From NCBI GenBank assembly GCA_014584465.1, contig JACTMU010000012.1, positions 95,333 through 159,332 of the forward strand: a stretch of 64,000 nucleotides of DNA. Reading direction: 5' to 3'. The first letter of the stretch is position 1. Each line of letters starts with the position of its first letter. This stretch comes from Pseudomonadota bacterium. Its GTDB lineage: Bacteria > Bdellovibrionota > Bdellovibrionia > Bdellovibrionales > JACTMU01. Under the pieces are notes generated by a model. The model was not told the DNA's origin, made no database searches, and saw nothing but the letters and a program-made list of their open reading frames with translations. Positions 46,578-56,368 of this stretch are shown one piece after another. A program made the translations under genes and the position numbers.

Positions 46578-47600
46578 TTGTGGACTTTTTCTCTTTGGAT
46601 CATTCTGGTTCCGCAAGCTCAATGCGAAACTCTGAAGCTTGATCAATATTTGGAAGAGGTTAGAAATCAGAACACCGGTTACAAAGGGGCCATAGAAAGT
46701 GCCGAAGGAGCAGAAAGGCGAATCGTAGAGGCTGAGCTCATCACGTCGCCCAATCTCTTTGTTCACAGTCAGTGGTACCACAGTGAACTTCAGAACACTC
46801 AACCAGCTTTTCTGGGCACTTGAAACGAAAAGCAAGAGTATTCACTGGGTGTTGCTCAACAGACCTCCTTTGGACTCCAGGCCAAGCTCTATTATTTACT
46901 CAGTCACACTGCACTTGAGGGGGTGAGTCCCACGATCAACCCCGTTCCAAACTATTGGGATGGCCGGCCCATCTTGGAACTCTCTCTGCCACTTTGGAGA
47001 AATGCTTTTGGACGAGAGGTTCGTGCCAACCAAGAGGCTCTCGAAGCTCAAGCAAGGGCCACTCAACACTCAGAGAGGTTTGGTGGGAAGGTGACTCTCG
47101 TTGAGGCAGAGGCTGCTTATTGGCGTCTTTCCATGGCGCGAGAGATGCTTCAACTTCAAAAGGAGAGTTATGCTCGTGGGGCCAAGCTTCGAGAGTGGAG
47201 TTTAAAACGCAGCACCCTTCAGTTGGCGGATCGCTTCGATCTGTTGCAGGCTGAAAGTGGACTTCGAATACGGTCGTTAGATAAACAGACAGCTCTCGAA
47301 GAGGTTCAAAATGCTGAGAGGCAGTTCAACTCATTAAGGGGAGTCTCACGTGAAGAGGTTGTTGAAGAGCTAGAGCCCTTTGGCATCAACACACGATTGG
47401 AGATCGACATTTCCTCCACGCGAGATGATGTTTTGGCAGCCGAAGAGGCATTGAAGGCCTCAGAAGCTATGGCAAAAGTGGGCCAGGAAAAGAACAGAGC
47501 ATCTTTGGAGCTCTATGGGCAGCTTTCTAAAAACGCAGCGCAAGTCGAACAGGGTGAGGCAACCTCAAAATCCCTATCGGAAAATCATATGGCCACCGTG
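46578..47600 (+). pseudogene. TolC-family outer-membrane efflux protein, disrupted (in-frame TGA at 46821..46823; C-terminus missing)
   Basis: ORFs 46578..46823 and 46923..47774 share one frame and read through as ...FLGT*NEKQEYSLGVAQQTSFG.... The OEP-type heptad pattern is present ('AEAAYWRLSMAREMLQLQKESY', 'DLLQAESGLR'). The similarity fades near 47590, and that end coordinate is approximate. Confidence 0.6.
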
Positions 47601-47611
47601 GTGGGTGTTCG

Positions 47612-48061
47612 ATGGGGCAGAACATCCCTGCAGGAAAGATCAGCCGCTTCAAATCTGAGACGGTTTACCGAACCTTGGGAGAGTATCAAAGTCTTAAGGA
47701 TTTGGAACAGACCAGCGTCAATTTCATTGGCAATGATGTTTCTGTTCGAGTTTCTGATTTGGGACAAGTGGTAGATACCCTAAAGGATGAGCGAATGAAG
47801 GCCTTTCACAATGGGGAAGAGGCCATCTTTTTGAGGGTTTTTCGACAAAGTGGCTCCAACACCATCGCTGTGGCCGATGCGATCATTGAGAAAGTCCAAC
47901 GCCTTAACGAAAGTTTTCTTACGAAAAAGGGCAAACCCAAATTGAGCGTGGTGTTGGATCTCTCTAAGTTCATTCGCTTTAATGTGGAAGATGTTCAAGA
48001 GTCGATCTTTTTTGGAATTACTCTTCCATCCGATGGATATCGCTTGCATTTTCCTAAATAG
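47612..48061 (+). pseudogene. internal fragment of an RND (AcrB-like) efflux pump
   Basis: 'VRVSDLGQVVDTLKDERMKAFHNGEEAIFLRVFRQSGSNTIAVADAIIEKVQRLNE...LDLSKFIRFNVEDVQESIFFGI' matches the periplasmic porter region at roughly residues 230-340 of AcrB-type pumps. No N-terminal or C-terminal TM bundles are present. Confidence 0.6.
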
Positions 48062-48081
48062 TGTGAGACACTATTTAAGGA

Positions 48082-48420
48082 GTGGCGAAGTTTGAATTTG
48101 TCTTTTGGTTAGTGAAATGGATTTTAGAACAAGAGATATTTGAATTCGAGTGGGATGAAGGCAATTTAACTAAGAATCTAAAAAAGCATAGGATTACCTC
48201 TGAAAGTGCCGAACAAGTTTTCTTAAACAAAGACCTGATTGTTCCACTAGGTATTCAAGTTGCACCGGTGACCAATGAGCCAAGGTTTGGATTGCTTGGT
48301 TCGGACTTCTCGGGAAAAAGGCTGTCTCTTTGTTTTACGATCCGGGAAGGACGAATTCGGATCATTTCGGCACGGCCTATGAGTAAATTGGAGAGAAAGA
48401 ACTATGAAACGATTCGTTAA
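48082..48420 (+). CDS. brnT: BrnT-family toxin (DUF497)
   Basis: 'FEFEWDEGNLTKNLKKHRITSESAEQVF...RIISARPMSKLERKNYE' is present. There is no ATG. The start is GTG at 48082 or 48112. Confidence 0.75.
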   Translation: MAKFEFVFWLVKWILEQEIFEFEWDEGNLTKNLKKHRITSESAEQVFLNKDLIVPLGIQVAPVTNEPRFGLLGSDFSGKRLSLCFTIREGRIRIISARPMSKLERKNYETIR

Positions 48421-48658
48421 GAGTGAGAAGGGATATGAGAAGTCGTTTGATGCAGACTGGAAGGCAGTCAAGAAGGGTCTTAAGAAGGTTAGGGCTGAAG
48501 TTGGAGAGCCGAAAAAGGTTCCTACTTCTGTTGCTCTGGATCCACGCTTCATTTCTGAATTGAAAAAGGAGGCCAAGGCTCGTGGGATCCCATATCAGGT
48601 CCTCATGAGAATGTTTATTATCGAGGGGTTTCAAAGATTGAAGAAACAAACGGCGTAA
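48404..48658 (+). CDS. brnA: BrnA-family antitoxin
   Basis: 84 aa and overlaps brnT by 17 nt. The C-terminal 'GIPYQVLMRMFIIEGFQRLKK' is the typical BrnA ending. Confidence 0.7.
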   Translation: MKRFVKSEKGYEKSFDADWKAVKKGLKKVRAEVGEPKKVPTSVALDPRFISELKKEAKARGIPYQVLMRMFIIEGFQRLKKQTA

Positions 48659-48890
48659 TTAACAGATTTCTCGCCAGGCATTGAATCGATTTTTCTCTTA
48701 ATCGTTTTGTCAGAGGAGTGTTCCATATAAAAGAGAATAGGGGCATTGCCAAAAAGTCAATGGAACACAGAATTCTTGATGTCGAAAGAGGGCTCTTTCT
48801 TGAATAATTTACTATTGCAGACTTCCCTATTGAGATTTTCTCGTAATCTCGAATATACTGCCGTCCAACTCTTGGTAGGAGTGAGACGTC

Positions 48891-50030
48891 ATGATCAAAT
48901 GGATTTGTATTATTTCTATTGTATTTTCTTTAAAGTCACTGGCCTTTGAACCACTTCGTGATCCTTCGCTGCTTTGGGAAGCCAAACCAGAAAACGTGGT
49001 GCGCGTCACCACGGGGAAGGTGGTAATTGCTGATTATGAGTTGATACGACGAGATTTTCCTGAGACACGCAATTGGTCAACCGAAGCTATTGACCAATGG
49101 TTGGTTCGCAACACCTCATTTGTATCGAAGGAACAGGCAGCTCAGACTGAAGTGAACACTCCGATTGAGATTTCATCTGAAGAGCGGGAGGCTTATCGAC
49201 CTCGTGAGTATCGACGTGCACATGTTTTTGCAGTGGATACGGGAGGCCTTATTGATGCCAAAGGCACTGGGGCTGCAGATCCTCAGGGTGGTTCTCACGA
49301 CAATGGTCTTGCAACTTTGGGAGATATGATTCGTGAATTTGCATTTGAAAAACTGATCCATGCTTTGTTCGTAAAGGATGGTCGCTTTGATACAGTGGGA
49401 AGTTATGCAGTCATAGATTTTGGTTTTTCTATAAAACATCCAAAAGGCGGAACATCTCGCGCCGGTGTGATACTTCGTCAGGCTCATGTTCGACACCATA
49501 GTGAACCCATCGGAAATCGGACCAGAGGACAGTCTGTCATGCTACCTAGGAGTTTGCAGGTTTCGATTGAAAAATTTCTACGTCGGTTTGGAATCACCTC
49601 CTCGGTTAAATTTGGAGGAATTGATTTCGTGAATCTCCAAGGTGCTGAAAATGGGGCGGTCATAGACTTTGGATCTTTTTTAGTGGAAGAGAGGTTTACC
49701 CGTGAGGTCTCATTTTTCTATAACAAGAAGGGTGAGGTGAGTAGTGGAGAGGAGAAGATCATGTCGCCCGGAGAACGTGATTTTGTTCAACCCGAACGAG
49801 ATCTTCAAATGCCCTTTGAAACTTGGGGTTACTCTGAAAAAGGAATATCAGACCCTAAATACGATAATCCATATATATGGTCTCATCGCTTGGCTGAGGA
49901 TTTGGCATCAGGAAAGGCAGGTCGTGGAGATGCTGAGCAACATTTGCGAAATCTTTTTGACAAACCCAGGGTGCAAAACATCTTCAGGTCCATTCCCCGA
50001 TTTCGGCCTCGAAGAGCATCCGTACGTTAA
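48891..50030 (+). CDS. secreted SelO-like / atypical protein-kinase-fold protein (tentative)
   Basis: 379 aa. The signal peptide is 'MIKWICIISIVFSLKSLA'. 'IDAKGTGAADPQGGSHDNGLATLGDMIREFAFEKL' parallels SelO/YdiU '[33 protein letters not shown]'. 'RAGVILRQAHVRH' parallels 'GAMLMRVAPSHLRFG'. 'VNLQGAENGAVIDFGSF' parallels 'MNTDNMSLLGLTLDYGPF'. Confidence 0.4.
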   Translation: MIKWICIISIVFSLKSLAFEPLRDPSLLWEAKPENVVRVTTGKVVIADYELIRRDFPETRNWSTEAIDQWLVRNTSFVSKEQAAQTEVNTPIEISSEEREAYRPREYRRAHVFAVDTGGLIDAKGTGAADPQGGSHDNGLATLGDMIREFAFEKLIHALFVKDGRFDTVGSYAVIDFGFSIKHPKGGTSRAGVILRQAHVRHHSEPIGNRTRGQSVMLPRSLQVSIEKFLRRFGITSSVKFGGIDFVNLQGAENGAVIDFGSFLVEERFTREVSFFYNKKGEVSSGEEKIMSPGERDFVQPERDLQMPFETWGYSEKGISDPKYDNPYIWSHRLAEDLASGKAGRGDAEQHLRNLFDKPRVQNIFRSIPRFRPRRASVR

Positions 50031-50048
50031 GCTGATTTTCGCAAAATT

Positions 50049-50798
50049 TCATTTTATGGAGAGTCGTCGCAAATTGAAAATAGAGTATCCGATGAGGGCA
50101 AAGCTGATCCAAGTGGAGATGGAGAGTTGAAACCACATCGCTCCACGAGGGTCGTCGCGAAAGGTCTCCATAAGAATGCGACCAACGGCATGACTAAGGA
50201 GCCATACGAAGAAAATTGAACCGGGACGAGTTGAGAAAAACTTCTTACGTTCAAGCAACAAAATGGCAACGCAAAGAAGGCTCTCCCAAAAAAAGGCATA
50301 GAGCTGTGTGGGATGGCGGACCAACGAATCTACAGCAGGAATGGCAAAAGCCCAAGGAACCTCAGTGGCTTTACCGTAACAGCATCCGGCACTGAAGCAG
50401 CCGAGGCGCCCCACGCTGTAACCAGCGGCAAGAATAGGAGCAAATAGATCGTACCATACTGCAGGGGCCTCTTTTCTTCTCCAAAGATAGATGCGTCCAC
50501 ACATCCAGGCAGCTAAAAATCCCCCGTAGAAGGTAAAACCACCCTGCCAAACCTTAAAGATCATCATGGGGGATCGTGCGTAGTAGGACCAATTTTCATA
50601 GAAGATATGGAAAAGCCGAGCGCCAAAGAAGCCAGAAATCATCAAGATCAGAATAAGATCGAGAGCCACTCGTGGATCGAGGGATCGTTGGTCCGCACGC
50701 CTCATCAACCAAAAGATGGCGGCAGTAAAATAGAGACTGATCATTAAGAGGTAGACAGGAACGATAAAATAGGGGCCGATTTGAATCGTGGGGAGCAA
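50049..50798 (-). CDS. lgt: prolipoprotein diacylglyceryl transferase
   Basis: 249 aa. 'WQGGFTFYGGFL' and 'GRLGCFSAGCCYGK' are present. Confidence 0.92.
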   Translation of the reverse strand: MLPTIQIGPYFIVPVYLLMISLYFTAAIFWLMRRADQRSLDPRVALDLILILMISGFFGARLFHIFYENWSYYARSPMMIFKVWQGGFTFYGGFLAAWMCGRIYLWRRKEAPAVWYDLFAPILAAGYSVGRLGCFSAGCCYGKATEVPWAFAIPAVDSLVRHPTQLYAFFWESLLCVAILLLERKKFFSTRPGSIFFVWLLSHAVGRILMETFRDDPRGAMWFQLSISTWISFALIGYSIFNLRRLSIK

Positions 50799-50805
50799 TC
50801 TTTTC

Positions 50806-51306
50806 CTAACTCGCGTTTGCTTGTGGCACAGGCTCCTTTTGTCTTAAGACAAGTAGAGCAAGCAGCGATACCCCAAGCACAATGGCCATATCCGCAACAT
50901 TGAACGCAGGCCAATGGTAGTTTTGAACGTAAAAATCCAAGAAATCAATAACCCAACCAAACCGCAGTCGATCGATGTAGTTGCCAATCGCGCCACCAAA
51001 GATGCTCGAAAGAGCCACGATTTGAATGCGATCTTTGTCATCAACACCCCTGAGAATGGCCAAAATCAAAATCAGAGCCGCAGGAGGAGTCAACAGAAAC
51101 AGAACCTCACGAAACGTTGGGTGGCTTGTGGAAAAGATTCCAAAGGCAGCCCCTTGGTTTCTCACGTAGGTGATGTCAAAGAATCCTCCGATGACCTCAA
51201 GAGACTCATGAAGTTGAAAGTGAGTATGGATGTACATCTTAGTGACCTGATCCAGGCAAATAAGAAACCCAGTGATTGCGATGAGAAAGAGATACTTTTG
51301 TTTCAT
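50806..51306 (-). CDS. lspA: lipoprotein signal peptidase (signal peptidase II)
   Basis: 166 aa. 'NQGAAFG', 'GGAIGNYIDR' and 'FNVADMAI' are present. The gene overlaps the ileS stop. Confidence 0.92.
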   Translation of the reverse strand: MKQKYLFLIAITGFLICLDQVTKMYIHTHFQLHESLEVIGGFFDITYVRNQGAAFGIFSTSHPTFREVLFLLTPPAALILILAILRGVDDKDRIQIVALSSIFGGAIGNYIDRLRFGWVIDFLDFYVQNYHWPAFNVADMAIVLGVSLLALLVLRQKEPVPQANAS

Positions 51307-54065
51307 GTTAAAGCCTCAATGCAACGTGGACAGATGCCTGGCCACGATTTGTCTGTGCCTGTCTTTTCTGAATAGTTCCAGCAGCGCTGGCACTTTTCGC
51401 CGAGAGCCTTTTCAGCTCGAATCTGAATTGGGCCGCTTTCAATGCTCACTTGAGAGACAATGAAGAGTTCAGGAAGATCCGCCTCATATTTTCTTAAAAG
51501 TTCAAACTGCTTGCCGTTTGCTGTGATCTTCACAAATGCCTCTAAGCCAGAGCCGATGATCTTTTCGGCTCTCAGCCCCTCAAGCACCTTATTGACCTCT
51601 GCACGAAGCTCAAAGAGTTGATCCATTTCGGTCAAGAGCTCTTCGTCGATCCACTCACGGGTTGGCTTTGGAAAGCTTGCCAGGAAGACACTCTCTTCTT
51701 TAAGGCCAGGGAGAAATCCATAGACCTCTTCAGAGAGAAACGAAAGAATCGGAGCCATAACGGGTGTCAACGTGGACACAAGCTCAAACAAAACGGTCTG
51801 AGCTGAGCGTCGTCGAGCTCCATCGCGCCGGTGGGTGTAGAGTCGATCCTTGATGATGTCCAAGTAGGTGGCCGAAAGATCCACAGTGAAAAAGAGTGAG
51901 AGAAGGTGGTAGACCCTATTGAACTGATACTGGCTGTAGGCCTCTTCACTCTTTTCTACAAGTTTTTGAAGGCGCACCAGAGTCCATCGATCAAGACTCG
52001 AAAGAGTCTGAAAAGATTGGTAGTCGGTTTGTGGATCAAAATCATAGAGATTTCCGAGCAAAAATCGAAAGGTGTTTCGAAATCGACGGTAGGTTTCGAT
52101 CACCTGTTTGAAGCTGTCCTTTCCGCAATTGAGATCTTGTCGATAGTCTTCAAAGACACACCAGAGGCGAAGAATCTCAGCCCCCGAATCTTTGATCACG
52201 CTCAAGGGGTCGATCACGTTTCCGAGGCTCTTGCTCATCTTTCGGCCTTGGCCATCGAGAACAAAACCATGAGTGACAAGACATTTGAAGGGAGCTTTGC
52301 CATGAGCGGCAATGGACGAGAGTAGACTTGTTTGAAACCATCCTCGATGTTGGTCACTTCCCTCAAGGTAAAGATCGGCAGGAAATCCAAGCCCCTCTTT
52401 TTTTCGTTGAACAGCAGCATGACATACTCCGCTGTCAAACCAAACATCAAGAATGTCTCGACCTCTTACAAACTCCTTGGCCCCACACTTCTTACATTGA
52501 TGGCCTTTTGTAAAATGGGAGATCTCGGTTTGCCAGTAAGATTCAATGCCATTTCCCTTTTCCATGACCGATGCAATTTTTTCCATGAGATCGGTCGTGA
52601 TCAATTCGGTCTCGCACTTTTCACAATAGAAGACGGGGATGGGGACACCCCAGAGTCGTTGGCGACTCAACGTCCAATCGGGGCGAAGTTCAACCATCGA
52701 GCGCAGGCGAGACTCTCCCCACTTGGGAACAAACTCAATTTGGCTTAACGATTCAAGGGCCTCATTGCGAATCGATCGCTTGGGGTCGTCCATCTTCAAA
52801 AACCACTGTGGAGTTGCCCGAAAAATCAGCGGACTCTTGGACCTCCAACAATGTGGATAACTGTGTTGAATCTCTCGATATCCTAAGAGATGTCCTGTCG
52901 ACTTGAGTTTTTCCACAACCAGGGGATTTGCTTTAAAGACATTGATCCCTGCCCATTCAGGAACCTCATCTGTGAACTCACCGGCAGCGTTGACGGGACT
53001 GAGTATGGGGAGTTGGTAGCGCAGCCCCACGTGGTAGTCGTCTTGTCCGTGCCCTGGTGCCGTGTGAACACAACCCGTACCAGCCTCTAGGGTGACATGT
53101 TCACCGAGGACCACCTTGGAGGTTCGATTCATAAAGGGGTGCTGAGCCTCTAGGCCTTCGAGATCTTTACCCTTAAAAATTCTGCCTGTGGACTTAAGCT
53201 GAATGGAAGCGTCCGATTCAACCGATTCGCGTAATTTTTGTGCAAGAAGGAGGTAGGCTCCTTCATGTTCATAGATTTCATAATCAAACTCAGGGTGGAG
53301 CGCGATGGCCACGTTGGCAGGCAAAGTCCAAGGTGTTGTGGTCCAGATCACAATCGAAAGCGGTCGATCCAGCTTTCCTAAGGGTGCCGCTTGTCCCGGA
53401 TCGACTTGAAACTTCACATAGATGGCAGGGCTCTTGTGATCGGCATACTCCACTTCAGCTTCGGCAAGGGCAGTTTGAAGGGGAATGCACCAGTAGACCG
53501 GCATGGTTCCACGGTAGATCTGTCCACGCTGAAAGATTCGTGAAAATTCACGAATCTCTTCGGCTTCATACTCTTTGTCGAGAGTTAAGTAGGGTTGATC
53601 CCAATCGGCCATCACGCCGAGGCGTTCAAATTGCCCTCTTTGTGTCTGAACCCATTTGAGGGCTTCTTTACGACACTCTCCGCGAATCTCTTCGTCACCT
53701 TTGCCTCGAGCTTTCGAGCCTAAATTGCTTAAAACCTTTTGTTCTATGGGAAGACCATGGCAATCCCAGCCAGGTATGAAGGGGGCGCGCTTTCCATTCA
53801 TGTTCTGAAATTTGATGACAATATCTTTGAGAACTTTGTTGAGTACATGTCCTATGTGGATGTCGCCGTTGGCGTAGGGGGGGCCATCGGGCATCACAAA
53901 GCTCTCTTTGTCTACATTCTTTTGCAATAGCGATTGATAGGTCTTTTGGGTTTGCCAGCGCTGAATCATAAGAGGCTCTCGACGAGGAAGGTCGGCCTTC
54001 ATCGGAAACTCTGTTTCAGGAAGATTCAAAGTCTGTTTGTAACTTGGGACATCCGCATCAGCCAC
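51303..54065 (-). CDS. ileS: isoleucine--tRNA ligase
   Basis: 920 aa. HIGH motif 'GDIHIGHVLNK', 'KMSKSLGN', and a C-terminal zinc-finger-like 'CQRCWNY...CPRC'. Confidence 0.95.
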   Translation of the reverse strand: MADADVPSYKQTLNLPETEFPMKADLPRREPLMIQRWQTQKTYQSLLQKNVDKESFVMPDGPPYANGDIHIGHVLNKVLKDIVIKFQNMNGKRAPFIPGWDCHGLPIEQKVLSNLGSKARGKGDEEIRGECRKEALKWVQTQRGQFERLGVMADWDQPYLTLDKEYEAEEIREFSRIFQRGQIYRGTMPVYWCIPLQTALAEAEVEYADHKSPAIYVKFQVDPGQAAPLGKLDRPLSIVIWTTTPWTLPANVAIALHPEFDYEIYEHEGAYLLLAQKLRESVESDASIQLKSTGRIFKGKDLEGLEAQHPFMNRTSKVVLGEHVTLEAGTGCVHTAPGHGQDDYHVGLRYQLPILSPVNAAGEFTDEVPEWAGINVFKANPLVVEKLKSTGHLLGYREIQHSYPHCWRSKSPLIFRATPQWFLKMDDPKRSIRNEALESLSQIEFVPKWGESRLRSMVELRPDWTLSRQRLWGVPIPVFYCEKCETELITTDLMEKIASVMEKGNGIESYWQTEISHFTKGHQCKKCGAKEFVRGRDILDVWFDSGVCHAAVQRKKEGLGFPADLYLEGSDQHRGWFQTSLLSSIAAHGKAPFKCLVTHGFVLDGQGRKMSKSLGNVIDPLSVIKDSGAEILRLWCVFEDYRQDLNCGKDSFKQVIETYRRFRNTFRFLLGNLYDFDPQTDYQSFQTLSSLDRWTLVRLQKLVEKSEEAYSQYQFNRVYHLLSLFFTVDLSATYLDIIKDRLYTHRRDGARRRSAQTVLFELVSTLTPVMAPILSFLSEEVYGFLPGLKEESVFLASFPKPTREWIDEELLTEMDQLFELRAEVNKVLEGLRAEKIIGSGLEAFVKITANGKQFELLRKYEADLPELFIVSQVSIESGPIQIRAEKALGEKCQRCWNYSEKTGTDKSWPGICPRCIEALT

Positions 54066-54083
54066 GCCAGCTCCTCTTTTTAT

Positions 54084-54653
54084 CTACGATCTTGATGGTA
54101 AGATGGTCTTTGCCTTTTCATAACCCAAGGTTGTTAAGAGTCTTAAAACCTCGATGTCGGACTCCATGTTGAGAGAGGATTTCACATGTTGAATCAACTC
54201 ATAGCAAGAGGGACCTAGCACTCTTGCAAGCTGATTCTCCCGAGATGGTGGGGGTGGTTCACGGTGAGGCGCTCCTTCATGAGAATGAGTTTGCAACGGA
54301 GGCGTCTGTGGCGATGCCACCGGAGAGGCCATTGGCGTTGACTGCAAAGCCCCCTGTGGAGGCATCTGAGGCGCTGCAGCCTGTGGGTCTCGCAGAAGTT
54401 CACGAAGGTGTGCCTGGGTGTCAAAGTTCTCTCTTGAACGAGAATCGGTGAAACGCTGAAGCTCCTGAGCTCCAAGTTCACCAGAGAGATCCCCAACCTT
54501 AAAACCCTTTTTGGAGCGTAAAAAAATGGCGACCAATCGATCCGGATTGGTTGCATAACGAGCAACCTCCTCAGGTTGATCCTTAAGCCAATTGTAGGCC
54601 TGAGCTAGAGTCTCTTTGGTGTATGCTTGTGGTGGGATTGTTCCAAGTGCCAT
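54084..54653 (-). CDS. hypothetical Pro/Gln-rich protein
   Basis: 189 aa. A low-complexity middle segment (PQMPPQGALQSTPMASPVASPQTPP) lies between two structured ends. I recognise no family. Confidence 0.5.
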   Translation of the reverse strand: MALGTIPPQAYTKETLAQAYNWLKDQPEEVARYATNPDRLVAIFLRSKKGFKVGDLSGELGAQELQRFTDSRSRENFDTQAHLRELLRDPQAAAPQMPPQGALQSTPMASPVASPQTPPLQTHSHEGAPHREPPPPSRENQLARVLGPSCYELIQHVKSSLNMESDIEVLRLLTTLGYEKAKTILPSRS

Positions 54654-54739
54654 AGAAAAACCCTACAGCGAGTTGCTTTTGACTTCAACTTCAAACCCAA
54701 ACGTCATCGTTCCTGCACTACCTTGATGCAACGCACCCT

Positions 54740-56278
54740 TTAACCCTTAGAGTACTCCTTGGCAATGATCCCGAACTTCTCCATCTTTCTTAGGAGAGTC
54801 TTTTTGGAGATGTTGGCATGTATGGCCGTTTGGTTGATGCGACCTTTAAAGGTCTTAAGAGCCTTAATGATGAACTCTTTTTCAAAGGCCTCCTTCTGTC
54901 GGTAGTAGTCGAGCTTTCCACCAGGCAGATAAGAGACGTTGGCACCAAGAGCTCCTTCGACCTCGGTGTCACCTTCACCCATCGAGATCTCCTCGTCGTC
55001 AGAATCTGAGAGGTCCATCGAAGCCACTTCATCACTTGCGTCGATGTCGCCGTCATCGGGCTCAATGAGAGTCTTACCTTTTAAGATATGGTGAGAGACG
55101 GAGACACCCGTTGCAGCCAAAAGTTTCTCTGGCATTGAAGCGAGGGTGAGTTTGTTGGAAGTTTCAAGAATGAAAGCATGCTCGATCACATTTTCAAGTT
55201 CTCGAATGTTGCCTGGCCACTCATAGCGTTTAAGAAGAGCTAGGGCATCAGGTGTGATCCCGATGATTTTTTTACTTTGAGAGGTGTTGAACTTCTTAAT
55301 GAAGTTGGCGACCATCTGATCGATGTCATTTTTTCGTTCTGCAAGCGAAGGAAGAAAGATCGGGATGACATTGAGTCGGTAAAAAAGATCTTCTCTAAAG
55401 CTATTTTCTTCGATCATCTTTTCAAGAGGTCGGTTTGTGGCGGCAATGATGCGCACATCGGACTGGATTTCTCGGTTCGCTCCGACAGGAGTAAAGACCT
55501 TCTCCTGCAACACACGAAGAAGTTTTGCTTGAAGTAAGAGAGGAAGATCTCCAACTTCATCCAAAAATAGTGTACCACCTTCAGCAAATTGAAATTTCCC
55601 GATCTTTCGTTGATCCGCTCCTGTAAAAGAGCCCTTTTCGTGACCAAAGAGTTCACTTTCAAAGAGATTTTCTGGAATGGCAGAACAGTTGATGGCAACA
55701 AATTTTCCGCCCTTTCGAGCAGAGTTGAAATGTATGGCTCGCGCGACAAGCTCTTTACCCGTGCCCGAGGCTCCACGAATCAACACAGGTGTGTCGACCT
55801 TTGAGAGACGATTGATGATGTTAAAGACCTTTTGCATTTCTGCGGAGTTGCCAATGATGCGTCTTCCGGCCTCCATGAGAACAGGTGATGAAGCTGCAAG
55901 TTGGGCGATCATGCTCTTGGCACTCACGGCACGGTTGACCATGTCCACGAGAGTGGGGGCCTCAACGGGTTTTGAAATGTAATCGTAAGCACCCTCTTTG
56001 ACAGAGCGTACGGCATCGTCAATGTTGGCGTAGGCGGTGACAATCAAGACTGTGATGCTAGGATCGTGTTGTTTGATCTGTCGAAGGGCCTCAAGACCAT
56101 CAAGGTGAGGCATATCCACATCTAAAATCACAAGGTCATAGTGGCTGCTCCTTGTCTTTTCCACGGCACTGAGACCGTCCACAGCCTCATCGACTTCGAA
56201 GCGTCCGGTCGCCTCTAGGGTTGATCGAACGATGAGTCTTAGACCTTGATCATCATCTGCAACGAGTACACGCAACAT
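54740..56278 (-). CDS. sigma54-dependent response regulator (NtrC family)
   Basis: 512 aa. Receiver 'VLVADDD...LVILDVDMP', AAA+ 'GASGTGKELVARAIH' and 'GSFTGA', an acidic insertion, and a C-terminal HTH. Confidence 0.9.
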   Translation of the reverse strand: MLRVLVADDDQGLRLIVRSTLEATGRFEVDEAVDGLSAVEKTRSSHYDLVILDVDMPHLDGLEALRQIKQHDPSITVLIVTAYANIDDAVRSVKEGAYDYISKPVEAPTLVDMVNRAVSAKSMIAQLAASSPVLMEAGRRIIGNSAEMQKVFNIINRLSKVDTPVLIRGASGTGKELVARAIHFNSARKGGKFVAINCSAIPENLFESELFGHEKGSFTGADQRKIGKFQFAEGGTLFLDEVGDLPLLLQAKLLRVLQEKVFTPVGANREIQSDVRIIAATNRPLEKMIEENSFREDLFYRLNVIPIFLPSLAERKNDIDQMVANFIKKFNTSQSKKIIGITPDALALLKRYEWPGNIRELENVIEHAFILETSNKLTLASMPEKLLAATGVSVSHHILKGKTLIEPDDGDIDASDEVASMDLSDSDDEEISMGEGDTEVEGALGANVSYLPGGKLDYYRQKEAFEKEFIIKALKTFKGRINQTAIHANISKKTLLRKMEKFGIIAKEYSKG

Positions 56279-56368
56279 CCTTCCTACTCCTTTTTTGAAG
56301 TCCGGGAGGCTCAGTGCCCACTTTTGACCAGCGTTGAACCCCCGCGGAAACCAGTAACCCCAAAATTT

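Noticed and set aside
46821-46823. The in-frame TGA in the TolC-like gene read as selenocysteine or programmed read-through.
   Set aside because: I could not make out a SECIS-like hairpin immediately downstream. Outer-membrane channel proteins are not known selenoproteins. The rest of the locus is clearly decaying.
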